A DNA stretch of 64,000 bases, taken from assembly GCA_963783575.1 (NCBI GenBank), contig CAWAOD010000011.1, forward strand, positions 128,001 to 192,000. The letters run 5' to 3'. Origin of the DNA: an uncultured Spirochaetota bacterium. GTDB lineage: Bacteria; Spirochaetota; Brevinematia; Brevinematales; JAOACQ01. Positions 1 to 10,539 of this stretch are shown one piece after another. The position numbers and the translations under genes are program-made. The stretch's first letter is position 1. Every line of letters starts with the position of its first letter. Below the pieces are notes generated by a model that saw only the letters and a program-made list of their open reading frames with translations, did no database searches and was not told the DNA's origin.

Positions 1-249
1 CAAAGAAAATAATACTTTCTCTATTGAATCGAAGGGATCGGTAACCATTTCAATCTGGCTTTCCGAAAAGTCTGTTGTTATATTAGGATTTTCCAGCTTA
101 TCCCCGAATATTGCAGGATGCGGGGTCAATACCAGATTACCGCAGCCGTCAATCCGCATCGACTCTTTCTCAAGTCCCCAGTTACCTTTTAAAAGAAGCT
201 CATAATTATCTTTTTTATGAAACAGGCCGATCCAATCCTCATATTTCAT
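1..249 (-). CDS. gshA: Glutamate--cysteine ligase (GshA or GshAB/GshF N-terminus), partial, runs off left edge
   Basis: Not in the ORF track. Manual translation from ATG at 249 (GGAG SD upstream): MKYEDWIG...GLEKESMRID...TPHPAIFGDKLENPNITTDFSESQIEMVT, matching the GshA GxEKExLR and ITTDFSESQxE motifs. Confidence 0.85.
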   Translation of the reverse strand, partial: MKYEDWIGLFHKKDNYELLLKGNWGLEKESMRIDGCGNLVLTPHPAIFGDKLENPNITTDFSESQIEMVTDPFDSIEKVLFSL

Positions 250-339
250 CTTAATAACTCCTAAAAGATATAAATATCTTAAAAAGTGATATCTAATATT
301 GTATAGTTATATAATAATCGAACTATTAGACAAAAAAAA

Positions 340-645
340 CTAGCCGATAAATTCTCTGATCAACTTCAAAGCATCATCATTTACTTTACACGAAATCGAC
401 TGCCCGTTTCTCGAACAGGAGATCAAACCGGCGTTTGCCAGTTCTTTAAAATGATGGGAAACAGTTGACGGTGAAATATTAATCAGACTGCAAGCCTTGG
501 AAAAACCCTTTTCAACCGCGATGCAGCAAGTGTCTGTTTTCCCCAATTTGTAGAGCATTCCGAAGATTTTCAATCTCTGTTCGCTGGATAAAGCCTTGAA
601 TATTTTTGCCAGGTTTGATAGTTCCATACTTATAGAATAATACAT
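340..645 (-). CDS. ArsR/SmtB family transcriptional regulator
   Basis: AKIFKALSSEQRLKI...ISPSTVSHHFKELANAGLI helix-turn-helix pattern. True start is probably the second Met (MELSN). Confidence 0.9.
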   Translation of the reverse strand: MYYSISMELSNLAKIFKALSSEQRLKIFGMLYKLGKTDTCCIAVEKGFSKACSLINISPSTVSHHFKELANAGLISCSRNGQSISCKVNDDALKLIREFIG

Positions 646-682
646 TATTTTAAAAAAGTCAATGGAAAATTAAAAAATTATT

Positions 683-2236
683 TCACTCGCTGGTAACTTC
701 CATTTCTCCGATAGTAAGCCTGAAATTGCCACTACTGGAAAAATTAATCAATGAATTCATATTAATATCAATAGATTTTAAAGGATAAACCTTTATTTTA
801 TTTATTTCCTTATTTCTCCTCTGCTTTGGGGTATGGAATTTAAAAGTATCCAGGAGAATTGATATCTGCTTCCAACCTTTCCAATCATCCGTTAGCCAAT
901 ACCAGTAGTGACCATTCAAGTTATCAATTAGATCGAGAAAATATGATGTATAAGTTTGTGTACCATAAATCCAAAATTTAAAAGTTTTAATATTAGACCA
1001 ATCCATTTTATCATATCCGAAATTTAAACGGATACCTGCACTTCCCGGGTAATGTACTATAAAATCCAAGGAACAGCATTTTTCACCGTAAGTAATATTA
1101 TTTGTATAAGTAGTTATTGTTACAATGCTGCCGCCACTTTGATCTAATTTGAAATGTATCATATTATCAGTAGTGAAATCCAATAAAACAATTTTCTTTT
1201 TAGGCAGGATAAGATTTGTGAATTCACCATCAGAAAGATAGAAAGTTTCGATATATTCACTTTTATTTTTGCTAATCACTTTTATTTGATATTCCATTTC
1301 AGCAGGAAGGTTTGACAGGACTTCATCGAGCTGTATTTTACTCCCGTCCAGAAAAATTTGAAAATTTTCATCGATGGCTTTGTTATTAATGGAACACCGT
1401 ATGCTTCCTAGAGCTGTATGGCTTATATTTGTTGTTTCACCGGGCTTTAACATTACAGGCGTGTTTAAAACAATGCTTTTATTAGAAAGATTTCTTAATT
1501 TGACCGAATAAATTGCGTTTGGTAATATTTTCAAATTCAGAGAAAAATTATCATTCGTTATTTTTGCTGCAATTTTATTATTAATCAAAAGCGAATATGT
1601 GCCGTTTCCAATCTTGAAATTTCCAATATTGAGATGCGCGATTTTAAGATCTTCATTCATTGTCGACTTTATTATTTGGGAAAGCATAGCATCGATTGCG
1701 TCAAAAATATCGGCGTCAATGGGAGTTTTGTATTCATTGGTTTCGGTTTTTCCGGTTGCTTTTTCCCAGATGTTAAGGCGGATTTGAGCCTTTGAATCTG
1801 ATTTATTGCCCTGCAGGCTGTAATCTCCGTAAATAACAATATCTGCCTGATAATTGCTGTAAATATCCTGGGTTGTTAAATCCTTCCGGTTTAAAAATTC
1901 CGAATTCATATCGGCGAGGTTAGTTTTTTCAGGTACGTCGAAAGAAGGGACAATGTAGAGAAAAGAGTATAATTCATTCAAAAGAATAGTATTTACGATT
2001 TTTGAATTAGGATAATTTGTTTGATTTGACTTGTTCTGAAACGGCAGAATCAATACCCTTATTTTATTTGAGATTTCAACCGTTTCTTCCGTAGTAAAGA
2101 CCTCGTTTGTCTTAATGTTAATAAATTCTTCCTGAATGGGCTTCTCCTCTTTAACCGCTGTTTTCTGGCCGCAGGATAATATTAAAGACAAACAAATACA
2201 GCATAGGAATATTTCAACAAGAAATCTTGTTTTCAT
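683..2236 (-). CDS. Putative lipoprotein with TolB_N/CsgG-like N-terminal domain and carbohydrate-binding (CBM11-like) C-terminal domain
   Basis: Lipobox-like LILSC. IRVLILPFQNKS strand typical of CsgG/FlgO-like domains. C-terminal DWSNIKTFKFWIYG...DDWKGWKQISILLDTF resembles CBM11/CIA30-type domains. Confidence 0.5.
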   Translation of the reverse strand: MKTRFLVEIFLCCICLSLILSCGQKTAVKEEKPIQEEFINIKTNEVFTTEETVEISNKIRVLILPFQNKSNQTNYPNSKIVNTILLNELYSFLYIVPSFDVPEKTNLADMNSEFLNRKDLTTQDIYSNYQADIVIYGDYSLQGNKSDSKAQIRLNIWEKATGKTETNEYKTPIDADIFDAIDAMLSQIIKSTMNEDLKIAHLNIGNFKIGNGTYSLLINNKIAAKITNDNFSLNLKILPNAIYSVKLRNLSNKSIVLNTPVMLKPGETTNISHTALGSIRCSINNKAIDENFQIFLDGSKIQLDEVLSNLPAEMEYQIKVISKNKSEYIETFYLSDGEFTNLILPKKKIVLLDFTTDNMIHFKLDQSGGSIVTITTYTNNITYGEKCCSLDFIVHYPGSAGIRLNFGYDKMDWSNIKTFKFWIYGTQTYTSYFLDLIDNLNGHYWYWLTDDWKGWKQISILLDTFKFHTPKQRRNKEINKIKVYPLKSIDINMNSLINFSSSGNFRLTIGEMEVTSE

Positions 2237-2438
2237 ATTTACCTCCGAAAATTTGCTGTAATGTTAATTTTATAAATATTATAATATCTTACAGAAAATA
2301 ATTATAATTTTTATAAGATATAAATAAAAAACCCAGATAAACTGAAGTGTAAATTTAATTCAATTAATTTGAGATTTAATGATGCTGCGGATAAAATATC
2401 CCTGTATATAAAAACAGCCTGCTTTCGGATGGTATAAA

Positions 2439-3389
2439 ATGTCTCATATAATATTATTTTTAATTCTTCTGGTTTTCTTATTCGGTATTTGTGCGCTTTT
2501 TTTTACAGGATACAGGCAGTTCAAATCAAAAAACCGTCATTTAAAATACATATTTTTTTTCCTGGCCGTGCTTGATTTGAAACTTCTGCTTAATTATATA
2601 CTGCTTTATTTTAAAATCAACCTTACTTTTAATTCAAGCTTCCAGTTTATACTGTATACTGTCAGCGAAGATGTTTCATATCTGCTGATTTTTCTGTTTC
2701 CGCCGGTTTTTCATTCGATTTTATCAATTCCCTGGAAAAAATTTTTCGACAGGATAGCCATTTTGGTTCTATTGGCCGCATTCATAATACGCATTATGCC
2801 GTATTTTTATAAAGCCGTTTTCCCGCAGGAATATTTTTCAATTAATACGTTTCAATTACCGGAAATTCTTGTCGGCATGGTGACTATTTATATCCCGGCC
2901 GCTATTTTAATACATTTCCGCAGTCTGAAACAGCCTATTTTAAGAAAAATCGCGATTCTGGGATTATTTTTTTATATATTTGTTTTGTTGGATACTTATT
3001 TTATATTTTATGCTATTTTTATGAACAGTTATTATTCCAGGATGATATGGCCAGGTTTTGCGCTGTATGTTTTCTGGATCGTGTTTTTAACCGTTTTTTC
3101 AAATAATACAATCAGTTCAAAAACAGTTCCTGCTTTTATGGATTCAATAAGTGATGCTTTTGTCGGGAAATATTCCCTTACTTCAAAAGAAGCCGAGATT
3201 GTAAAATGGGTCATTACAGGAAAATCCAATCAGGAAATTGCTGAGCATAATTTTCTTTCCATAAAAACCATAAAAAACCACATCTATAAAATATTTCAAA
3301 AAACCGGGGTGAAAAACCGCCTGGAGCTTACTTTATTGGTCGGTTCGAACAATCAGGAATCTCAAAAAAAGGACTCCAGTCCTATCTAA
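2439..3389 (+). CDS. Membrane-anchored LuxR-family regulator 1 (multi-TM N-terminus + C-terminal LuxR HTH)
   Basis: About seven hydrophobic segments, then LTSKEAEIVKWVITGKSNQEIAEHNFLSIKTIKNHIYKIFQKTGVKNRLEL. Confidence 0.9.
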   Translation: MSHIILFLILLVFLFGICALFFTGYRQFKSKNRHLKYIFFFLAVLDLKLLLNYILLYFKINLTFNSSFQFILYTVSEDVSYLLIFLFPPVFHSILSIPWKKFFDRIAILVLLAAFIIRIMPYFYKAVFPQEYFSINTFQLPEILVGMVTIYIPAAILIHFRSLKQPILRKIAILGLFFYIFVLLDTYFIFYAIFMNSYYSRMIWPGFALYVFWIVFLTVFSNNTISSKTVPAFMDSISDAFVGKYSLTSKEAEIVKWVITGKSNQEIAEHNFLSIKTIKNHIYKIFQKTGVKNRLELTLLVGSNNQESQKKDSSPI

Positions 3390-3436
3390 AAAGTGACCAC
3401 GGACCTATGGATTTCTATCATTTTTGCTGTTATACT
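3370..3436 (+). promoter_or_regulatory. Putative LuxR operator plus sigma70 promoter (site A) for the copy 1-4 operon
   Basis: Inverted repeat AGGACT-CC-AGTCCT (3370-3383), second half-degenerate box GACCACGGACCTAT, TGGATT (3408-3413), 17 bp, then TG-n-TATACT (3431-3436). Matches site B at 17490. Confidence 0.6.
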
Positions 3437-3465
3437 CAATAATACTGAAAAGTGAGGAGAATCTC

Positions 3466-4326
3466 ATGAAAGTATTTCTAATAGTCTATGCAATAATGTT
3501 ACCGTTCATATTGCTTTATCCAATGGCCAACAGGATTGAAAAGGTCCCGATGAAGGCCTACCCGGTTATCAACATCCCTGATGGAGAATTCCTGCGATAT
3601 GGTAATTATACAAGGGGAGAAAAAACTTATGATGTGGTGTTTGTCGCAAAAATAATCACTAATGAAAACGGTAATGTTTTATACCGCATCTATTCAGATA
3701 TGATAGCTTATCCCGGAGGGAAAAAACCGCAGAAAGATTATACAAAATGGCCGTCCTATTATCTGATTGATCCGCAGAAGGGTCTTGTCCTGGAAGTGGA
3801 ACAATACTTAAGCACCAACTCGGAAGAAATGAAAAACAATACGATTTATGGAATGGGAGATACCTTTTATACTCATTATATTCTCCATCAGGACACAGGA
3901 AATGTGGAATATAAAACCAAAGGCTTTAAGGATAACGGCATTATCGAAAGTTCATACAAGGCCTATATCAAACCCGGATATTCTGCCTGGGAAGGAGGAG
4001 CCTATTTTATGTTTTCCCCGCGTTTTATGGACCCTAAGAGCGGTGGTATTATGTACTTGGTTGCTCCCGCTTTTCTGAAAGACCCGGTACCAATAACGAT
4101 CATGTCTGCCGCTAAAGAAATTATAGAAACAACTGCTGGAACTTTTAATGTTATTAAAGTGAATACGATAATGGCGGACCCGTTCATTGGTAAACTGATG
4201 GAACCGATCATCAAGAGCAGCGGATATTGGATTGAGGATTCGGACCGGAAACTGTTGATAAAAATAAAGAGATCGGCGGATAATGAATCGACACTTGATG
4301 AAATTTCAAACGTAAATATAAAATAA
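3466..4326 (+). CDS. Exported paralogue family, copy 1 (DUF3108-like C-terminus)
   Basis: ATG at 3466 after GAGGAG. Signal peptide, then family motifs PMK..IPDGEFL.YG, LIDP, PRF.D.KSGG, TxAGTF, ADPFIGKLMEP, WIEDSDR, LDEISNV. Confidence 0.85.
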   Translation: MKVFLIVYAIMLPFILLYPMANRIEKVPMKAYPVINIPDGEFLRYGNYTRGEKTYDVVFVAKIITNENGNVLYRIYSDMIAYPGGKKPQKDYTKWPSYYLIDPQKGLVLEVEQYLSTNSEEMKNNTIYGMGDTFYTHYILHQDTGNVEYKTKGFKDNGIIESSYKAYIKPGYSAWEGGAYFMFSPRFMDPKSGGIMYLVAPAFLKDPVPITIMSAAKEIIETTAGTFNVIKVNTIMADPFIGKLMEPIIKSSGYWIEDSDRKLLIKIKRSADNESTLDEISNVNIK

Positions 4327-4335
4327 GGAATAGTT

Positions 4336-5169
4336 ATGAAATTTTCACTGATATGCTTATTTTTTACTATTCAAGCCATTTTATTATTTTCCCTGGCAAA
4401 TAAAATAGAAAAGATACCTATGAAAACCTATCCTGTGGTCAATATCCCGGATGGGGAACTGCTTCGCTACGGGAATTATATCCGCGGAGAGAAAAATTCT
4501 GATACATATTATGTTACAAGATTGATTACTAATGAGAATGGTGTCTTATATAGAATCTACGCAAATTCAAATTACACCGCCGATTATACCAACTGGATTT
4601 CATATTATCTGATTGATCCGAAACAGGGAACGGTTCTGGAATCATGCGAACATTTAAGCACGAATCAGGAATATATGCGGGAAAACGCTAAATATGGGAT
4701 TGTCAATACCTTTTTTATTCACTATATCCTACACCGGGACAAAAAATATGTGGAATATACTGAAAAATCGCTTAAGGAAAATGGAGTATCGGAAAGCAGA
4801 TACAAGGTGGACATTAATCCCGGTTTTCCCTCCTGGGATGGCGGAGCCTTCTTTATGCTGTCGCCGCGCTTTATGGATGTAAAGAGCGGCGGAATATTCT
4901 ACTTAGTTGGGCCGGCATTCTTTAAAGAACCTGTCCCGGTAACCCTGAAATATGAAGCGAAAGCTTCTATCGGGACAAAGGCCGGAACCTTCCGTGTAAA
5001 AAAGATGGCAACGGTAATAGCCGATCCTTTTATCGGCAAGCTGATGGAGCCGTTTACAAAAGAAGGCAGTACCTGGGTTGAGGATTCCGACAGAAGGCTC
5101 CTAATCAAAATCCATAGATCGGATGAAAATGAAACATTTCTGGAAGAGATTTCGAATATACTAAAATGA
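4336..5169 (+). CDS. Exported paralogue family, copy 2
   Basis: Same motifs (IPDGELLRYG, TKAGTF, ADPFIGKLMEP, WVEDSDRRLL, LEEISN). Closest to copy 1. Confidence 0.85.
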   Translation: MKFSLICLFFTIQAILLFSLANKIEKIPMKTYPVVNIPDGELLRYGNYIRGEKNSDTYYVTRLITNENGVLYRIYANSNYTADYTNWISYYLIDPKQGTVLESCEHLSTNQEYMRENAKYGIVNTFFIHYILHRDKKYVEYTEKSLKENGVSESRYKVDINPGFPSWDGGAFFMLSPRFMDVKSGGIFYLVGPAFFKEPVPVTLKYEAKASIGTKAGTFRVKKMATVIADPFIGKLMEPFTKEGSTWVEDSDRRLLIKIHRSDENETFLEEISNILK

Positions 5170-5187
5170 AGTAAAGAGGAGTTTTTT

Positions 5188-6048
5188 ATGAAAGTATTTT
5201 CAGTGATTATATTATTTATAATTCAATCCGTTTTATTATTTCCATTGGCTAATAAGATTGAACAGGTGCCGATGAAAATAGCACCCCGTCTGACAATTCA
5301 GGACGGCGAATTATTGCGGTACGGATTTTACGCCGGCGGGGAAAAAGCCGGGGACAATTACTTTATTACCAGAATTATACAGGACGAATCAAAAAATAAA
5401 CTGGCTCAAATCTATTATCAAGCTGCCAAAATTAACTCCGGGAAAGAAATGCCTGGAAACTATACTAATTTTTCTTCCAGGTTTCTAGTTTCGATTGACC
5501 GGTGTACTCTGCTTGAGGCTGACGGTGAAGAGAAAATCGATACAAACAATCATAAGCTGGAAAATATACCATCGGGATATGCCGGTTTATTTTCCTGGCA
5601 TTATAACCTGAACACCGAAAAAGAGCAGATCGATTATGAAAATAAAATCTGGGACGGTTATGAAGTAAAATCTCGAAAAAGCCGGATTCCGGTTCATCCC
5701 GGTTTTCCATGCCGGGACTGGATGTCCGGGATGTTCTTCTCCGCCAGGTTTATGGATATCAAATGCCCGGGCGTTTTCTACTTTATTTTACCGGAAGCCC
5801 TGAAAGATCCCATACCTTTAACTTTTAAAACAATCAAAAAGGAAACCCTTACCACAAAAGCCGGGACATTCAAAACGGTTAAAATGGGGATGAATGCCGC
5901 CGATCCTTTTTTAGCCAGGCTTATCGAACCTTTTTCCAGGATGATGTACTTATGGGTTGAGGACTCGGACAGAAAGCTTATAGTGCAGATACAGCTTCCC
6001 GCCGGTTTTTTTAAGCTGGAAGAAATTTCGAATATGAATATTAAATGA
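5188..6048 (+). CDS. Exported paralogue family, copy 3
   Basis: IQDGELLRYG, TKAGTF, ADPFLARLIEP, WVEDSDRKL, LEEISN; signal peptide. Confidence 0.85.
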   Translation: MKVFSVIILFIIQSVLLFPLANKIEQVPMKIAPRLTIQDGELLRYGFYAGGEKAGDNYFITRIIQDESKNKLAQIYYQAAKINSGKEMPGNYTNFSSRFLVSIDRCTLLEADGEEKIDTNNHKLENIPSGYAGLFSWHYNLNTEKEQIDYENKIWDGYEVKSRKSRIPVHPGFPCRDWMSGMFFSARFMDIKCPGVFYFILPEALKDPIPLTFKTIKKETLTTKAGTFKTVKMGMNAADPFLARLIEPFSRMMYLWVEDSDRKLIVQIQLPAGFFKLEEISNMNIK

Positions 6049-6061
6049 GGAGTGTTTTTCC

Positions 6062-6908
6062 ATGGAAGTATTTTTGATATTATTCATATTCAGCATGCAG
6101 GCTGTTTTGCTTTATCCTATGGCCAATAAAATAGAAAAGATCCCAATGAAAACATACGGCGATACTGTGATTCCCGACGGGGAGTTTCTTCATTACATTG
6201 TCTACTTCGGCGGGGAAAAGGACTCGGATTATTATTACGTGACCAGAAAGGAAACGGATGAAAATGGGGCATTATACTACCGGATATACTATATAGCAAT
6301 TCCGGTAACGGAGGGCAAAAAGCCGCCTGAAAATTATTCAAACTGGCCCTCGACTTTCATGATCGATCCGGCGCGGGGTTCGCTCATAGAATCGGAAGTC
6401 AGGATCAATCCCAATGACTCGGTAGTGGGATAAATTCGGAGTAGGATACAAAGTTTACGTCCATTATAAGCTTTTTCGGGATAAGGGCTTTGCGGAATAC
6501 CATTCAAAAACAGTGAATGATTACGGAACGAATGAAAGGACATACATTGTGAAATTCGATACCGGCATTCCAAGTGATAGTCCGGCAGGAGCTTATATTA
6601 CGCAGAGGTTTTTAAATTTTAAAAATGGAGGCATTTGCTATTCCATCATTCCCGAAGTTATGAAAGGAGCAATGCCCAGTACCGCGAAATATATTTCTAA
6701 GGATACGGTCCGGACAAAAGCGGGGTCTTTTAATGTCGATAAATACCATATCATCATCGCAGATACTTTCATAAGTAAACTGATAGGACAAATGATGGGG
6801 GATTCTATTATGATGGTCGAAAATTCGGTCAGGCACCTGGTCGTCAAATCTGATATTCCCGGCGGCCGTGTGGAACTGGATGAAATTTCAAACATAAATA
6901 TAAGATAA
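6062..6908 (+). pseudogene. Exported paralogue family, copy 4, frameshifted near 6425
   Basis: ORFs 6062-6433 and 6513-6908 are the two halves. Alignment to copy 9 (NPNDSIKW) shows ~2 nt missing at TCGGTAG^TGGGAT. Confidence 0.85.
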
Positions 6909-7037
6909 TTAAACCAGTATTTTTCCTCTTCTTCTTTGCAACATTTTATGAAGAAGTATAAAATTATATATTAATATTGAAGCACGTGCTTCATTATGGT
7001 ATATTATAGCTTATACAAATTAAAAAGAGGGAAACCG

Positions 7038-7967
7038 GTGAAACATATAGATATTTTAATTCATATTTTGTGCTTATTCTCCGGGATGTTAGCTGCGCTT
7101 CTGGTGTTTTTGCTCTACCTGAAATATAAATTGAAAGTGATATGGAATTACTCTTTATTTATTTTTACGACTACTTTAACCGTAGCCGTGACAACTTATT
7201 ACAGCTATGTTTCCTATTTTATGAATTTCAGTCCGAATTCTTTTTCCATTGCAATAGGAATGCTGGTTTTCGGTATATTTTTATCGCTGATCAATTATGC
7301 TTTTTCCATGTTAGCTCTGGGTATAATGAATAAGCCTGTTTCTTTTTTTAATAAATTGTTTATTGGAATTCCCTGGTTGATAACTGCTTTATCAATAATA
7401 ACAATTATTTATTTTAACTTCGTAAAAGTAAGCTTGCCGTTTCTATCTGTAATCAATATGTTTACCGGATTAATACTGATAAATCTGTTTCTGTCATTTG
7501 TCATATACAGCATACAAATTTATATGAATTTAAAAAATATAGAAAATCCTGATTTAAAGGCTACGTTAAAAGTCCTGGCTTTTTTATTCATTATTTATAT
7601 ACCTCTACAGGCCGTTGTGATAGCATTTATAAAGCAGACGGTTATTATCTTTCTTTCACGCAATATCTTTTACTTTTTGGTTAACACGATTAGTGTCATT
7701 TTTGCTGCCAGATACTTTTTTATGAATACGCCTTCAATAATGGAACACATAGAAATTTCAGGTCATTTTATGAAGATATTTTCGGTAACAAAAAGGGAAA
7801 AAGAGGTGATAGAGCTTCTTTTGAGCGGATTATCCATAAAGGAAATCAGCGGAAAATTGATACGCTCTTTTAAAACCGTAAATAATCATATCTATAATAT
7901 TTACCGGAAAACAAATGTCAACAGTAAAATGGAGCTGTTGAATCTTATTAAAGAGAATCGCATTTAA
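7038..7967 (+). CDS. Membrane-anchored LuxR-family regulator 2
   Basis: GTG start after AGAGGG. Multi-TM region, then VTKREKEVIELLLSGLSIKEISGKLIRSFKTVNNHIYNIYRKTNV. Confidence 0.88.
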   Translation: MKHIDILIHILCLFSGMLAALLVFLLYLKYKLKVIWNYSLFIFTTTLTVAVTTYYSYVSYFMNFSPNSFSIAIGMLVFGIFLSLINYAFSMLALGIMNKPVSFFNKLFIGIPWLITALSIITIIYFNFVKVSLPFLSVINMFTGLILINLFLSFVIYSIQIYMNLKNIENPDLKATLKVLAFLFIIYIPLQAVVIAFIKQTVIIFLSRNIFYFLVNTISVIFAARYFFMNTPSIMEHIEISGHFMKIFSVTKREKEVIELLLSGLSIKEISGKLIRSFKTVNNHIYNIYRKTNVNSKMELLNLIKENRI

Positions 7968-8047
7968 GAAGCCAAGAGCAGATGATACTTAACTTTTTAT
8001 TGAATTGATATGGATATTTCCTTAGGAATAAATTCCAGTGAGGTTAT

Positions 8048-8836
8048 ATGATAAGAATTTTGTTATTATTTATCGTTTTAGCGTTCGTTCTTCAAGGTTG
8101 TGCACCAATTTCCATAACGAGAAGCAATTATAGAAATCCTATGCCGGATAGTATCCGGCTGTCGCCGGATGTAACCCTGACACCGACCGGAGAAGTTCAT
8201 ATATTTGTCGCCGGTCTAGTCAATACGGATTTTTATCCTTCCAGTTTCAGGATTGATGCTTCCGGAAAAGTTATTTATATTGATCCTGTGGAGGTAGACG
8301 GACAAGCATTTGCGGATTACATATTCATTACCCATGCGCATGGCGATCATCTTTCTCTGCCTGACATAAAAAAGCTGTCGAAAAACAATACTCTGATAAT
8401 TTGTCCGGAAATGGCCGCAGATAGACTTTCGGATTATAAGATAAGAGTAATAAAACCGGGGGATATAATTGATTTTGGAGATATTAAGTGCGAGGCCGTT
8501 GCGGCATATAATATTAACTCAGGACTTTTCGGATTGACCGCTCATCCAAGGACGGATAAGAACGTAGGTTATATACTGACCATTAGCGGCATAAGAATTT
8601 ATCATGCGGGGGATACGGATTTAATACCGGAAATGAAGGGGATTAAGAATATAACCGCGGCACTGGTTCCCATCGGAGGAGGAAATCTAACTACGGGGCC
8701 GGCGGAGGCCGCGGAGGCAATAAATATAATCAAACCTTTGATTGCCATACCAATGCATTATGTGCCGGGAACAAACCAGGCTGAAACATTCAAAAAGCTG
8801 GTTGATACAGGAATTCAGGTGAGAATAATGAAATAA
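8048..8836 (+). CDS. MBL-fold metallohydrolase (UlaG/UPF0173-like), probable lipoprotein
   Basis: THAHGDH, YHAGDT and IPMHY motifs; LQGC lipobox. Confidence 0.88.
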   Translation: MIRILLLFIVLAFVLQGCAPISITRSNYRNPMPDSIRLSPDVTLTPTGEVHIFVAGLVNTDFYPSSFRIDASGKVIYIDPVEVDGQAFADYIFITHAHGDHLSLPDIKKLSKNNTLIICPEMAADRLSDYKIRVIKPGDIIDFGDIKCEAVAAYNINSGLFGLTAHPRTDKNVGYILTISGIRIYHAGDTDLIPEMKGIKNITAALVPIGGGNLTTGPAEAAEAINIIKPLIAIPMHYVPGTNQAETFKKLVDTGIQVRIMK

Positions 8837-8879
8837 AATAAAGGAGATATAAAATAAAATTAAAAAGTGTTTAATAATT

Positions 8880-9045
8880 TCCCCTCCTACGGATGGGCTA
8901 GGGGTGGGTTCCTTCGATAGTGCTGTTGAGCATGAAGCCGAGGAATCAGGAATCGGTCGTCGTGGTTCGACAAGCTCATTGAAATATCCTAAATCCGGTT
9001 CTTGAGTCTGCCGAAGGTCTCAGTGCATCGCTCCGTAGGAGGGGA
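8880..9045. repeat. REP-like composite palindromic element
   Basis: Perfect 14-bp inverted ends TCCCCTCCTACGGA (8880-8893) and TCCGTAGGAGGGGA (9032-9045) enclosing TTCGACAAGCTCA and TGAGTCTGCCGAAGG units. GC-rich in an AT-rich spacer. Confidence 0.7.
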
Positions 9046-9406
9046 GTTTACAGAACAAGGTTTTATTTGTAAATATAGTATTAAATTATCAACTTATATT
9101 TATAAAACTTTTGACAATACTCAGATTATTTAAAGAGGATAATTATGAATAAAGCTCTGCGGTTTGATTTTGGGATATTGATCCTACTGATATTTTTTGC
9201 AGAGAGGGGCTTCCCGGTGGGCATTAAAGAAAAAATACCAATGAAGCCCTATGAGGTTATTAAAATTCCAGACGGAGAATTTCTTCACTATGTTAATTAT
9301 ACCGGCGGTGAAAAGGACAGTGATACCTATATGGTTACAACTATAGAAACGGGCAAAAATGGAGAAACCGTTTACCGTATTTATTTTGACCAGATATCGC
9401 TATCTA

Positions 9407-10539
9407 GTGCTTAATTGCGTAAGTTAACGATAGTATTTCTTAATTGAGAACCTTTCACTTCCCGTTTTCTCCACACAAAAGGTTTTGCGGTTTCAGTGTA
9501 TGCTTTAACAAATGCATCTATTGCTTCTCTCAATTCTTCCGTGTTTTTAAAACTGGCGCCTCTAAGAGCTTTTCGGCTCATAATACCAAACCATATTTCC
9601 ACCTGATTTAACCAACTTGCCGAAGTAGGCGTGTAATGAAAAAAAACATTCTTATTCCGGGATAACCATTCATCGTTCTTTTTGTGAATACAATAATTGT
9701 CTAAAATTACATGAATTTCTTTATCTTTTGAAACATCTACCACCACTCTATCCATAAACTCAAGAAATTCAATACGTCTTTTGTATTCAGTAGTTTGGGT
9801 GTGTATTAACCCTGTAGCTACTTCCAGCGCAGCAAATAGGTTCAGCGTTCCATTTCTTTTATATGTACTTTTGTATCCTCTTACAATTTTTCCATTATCC
9901 GTCTCTACATAGCCGGTTGTCCTTTCCAACGCTTGAATACCAGGTTTTTCGTCTACAGATATAACCAATGCATTCATCGGCGGATTTAAATACAACCCAA
10001 TAATATTTGTGGCTTTTGTCGAAAATTCAGGATCAGTGCTGACACACCAACTTCGCTGTCGGGATAAGCAAATTCCTTCTTTTCTTAAAACCCTCCATAC
10101 CGCATGCGTTGATGTGTTTAAATGTTTTGCTAAAGCCGGACCATCCCAAATTGCCTGCCCGATAGGCGGTGTTTTTTCCAGAGTTTCTAAAACTTTGTCC
10201 CTGAAATTCTGCCCATATATTTTTGGCTTTCCTGACCTGGGCAGATCATACAATCCATCAATTCCTTTTTGCTGAAATCTTTTTTTCCAATCAATAACCG
10301 TATTTGGTCTTATGTGAAGGTCAGCCGCAATCTCAGATACATTTTGTCCTTTCAGGCTATTGACAATTATTTTCGCCCTCTCTACAAGTCGCGCTTCCAT
10401 AGTTCGGCTTCTCACCCAACTATCAAGAATAATTTCATCCGCTTTGGTGCATGTTATAACTTGCGTTTTCTTAGACATACAACCTCCTTTTTTATGTCTA
10501 AGATTATAATTAATAACGCTTATTATTGCAATTAAGCAC
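9407..10539 (-). mobile_element. IS630-family insertion sequence
   Basis: Perfect 12-bp terminal inverted repeats GTGCTTAATTGC / GCAATTAAGCAC. TA duplicated at 9405-9406 and 10540-10541 within a CTAG target. Confidence 0.93.
9411..10478 (-). CDS. IS630-family transposase
   Basis: N-terminal HTH (DLPRSGKP); DDE motifs SVDEKPGIQA, VILDNY, SWLNQVEIWF. Confidence 0.95.
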   Translation of the reverse strand: MSKKTQVITCTKADEIILDSWVRSRTMEARLVERAKIIVNSLKGQNVSEIAADLHIRPNTVIDWKKRFQQKGIDGLYDLPRSGKPKIYGQNFRDKVLETLEKTPPIGQAIWDGPALAKHLNTSTHAVWRVLRKEGICLSRQRSWCVSTDPEFSTKATNIIGLYLNPPMNALVISVDEKPGIQALERTTGYVETDNGKIVRGYKSTYKRNGTLNLFAALEVATGLIHTQTTEYKRRIEFLEFMDRVVVDVSKDKEIHVILDNYCIHKKNDEWLSRNKNVFFHYTPTSASWLNQVEIWFGIMSRKALRGASFKNTEELREAIDAFVKAYTETAKPFVWRKREVKGSQLRNTIVNLRN

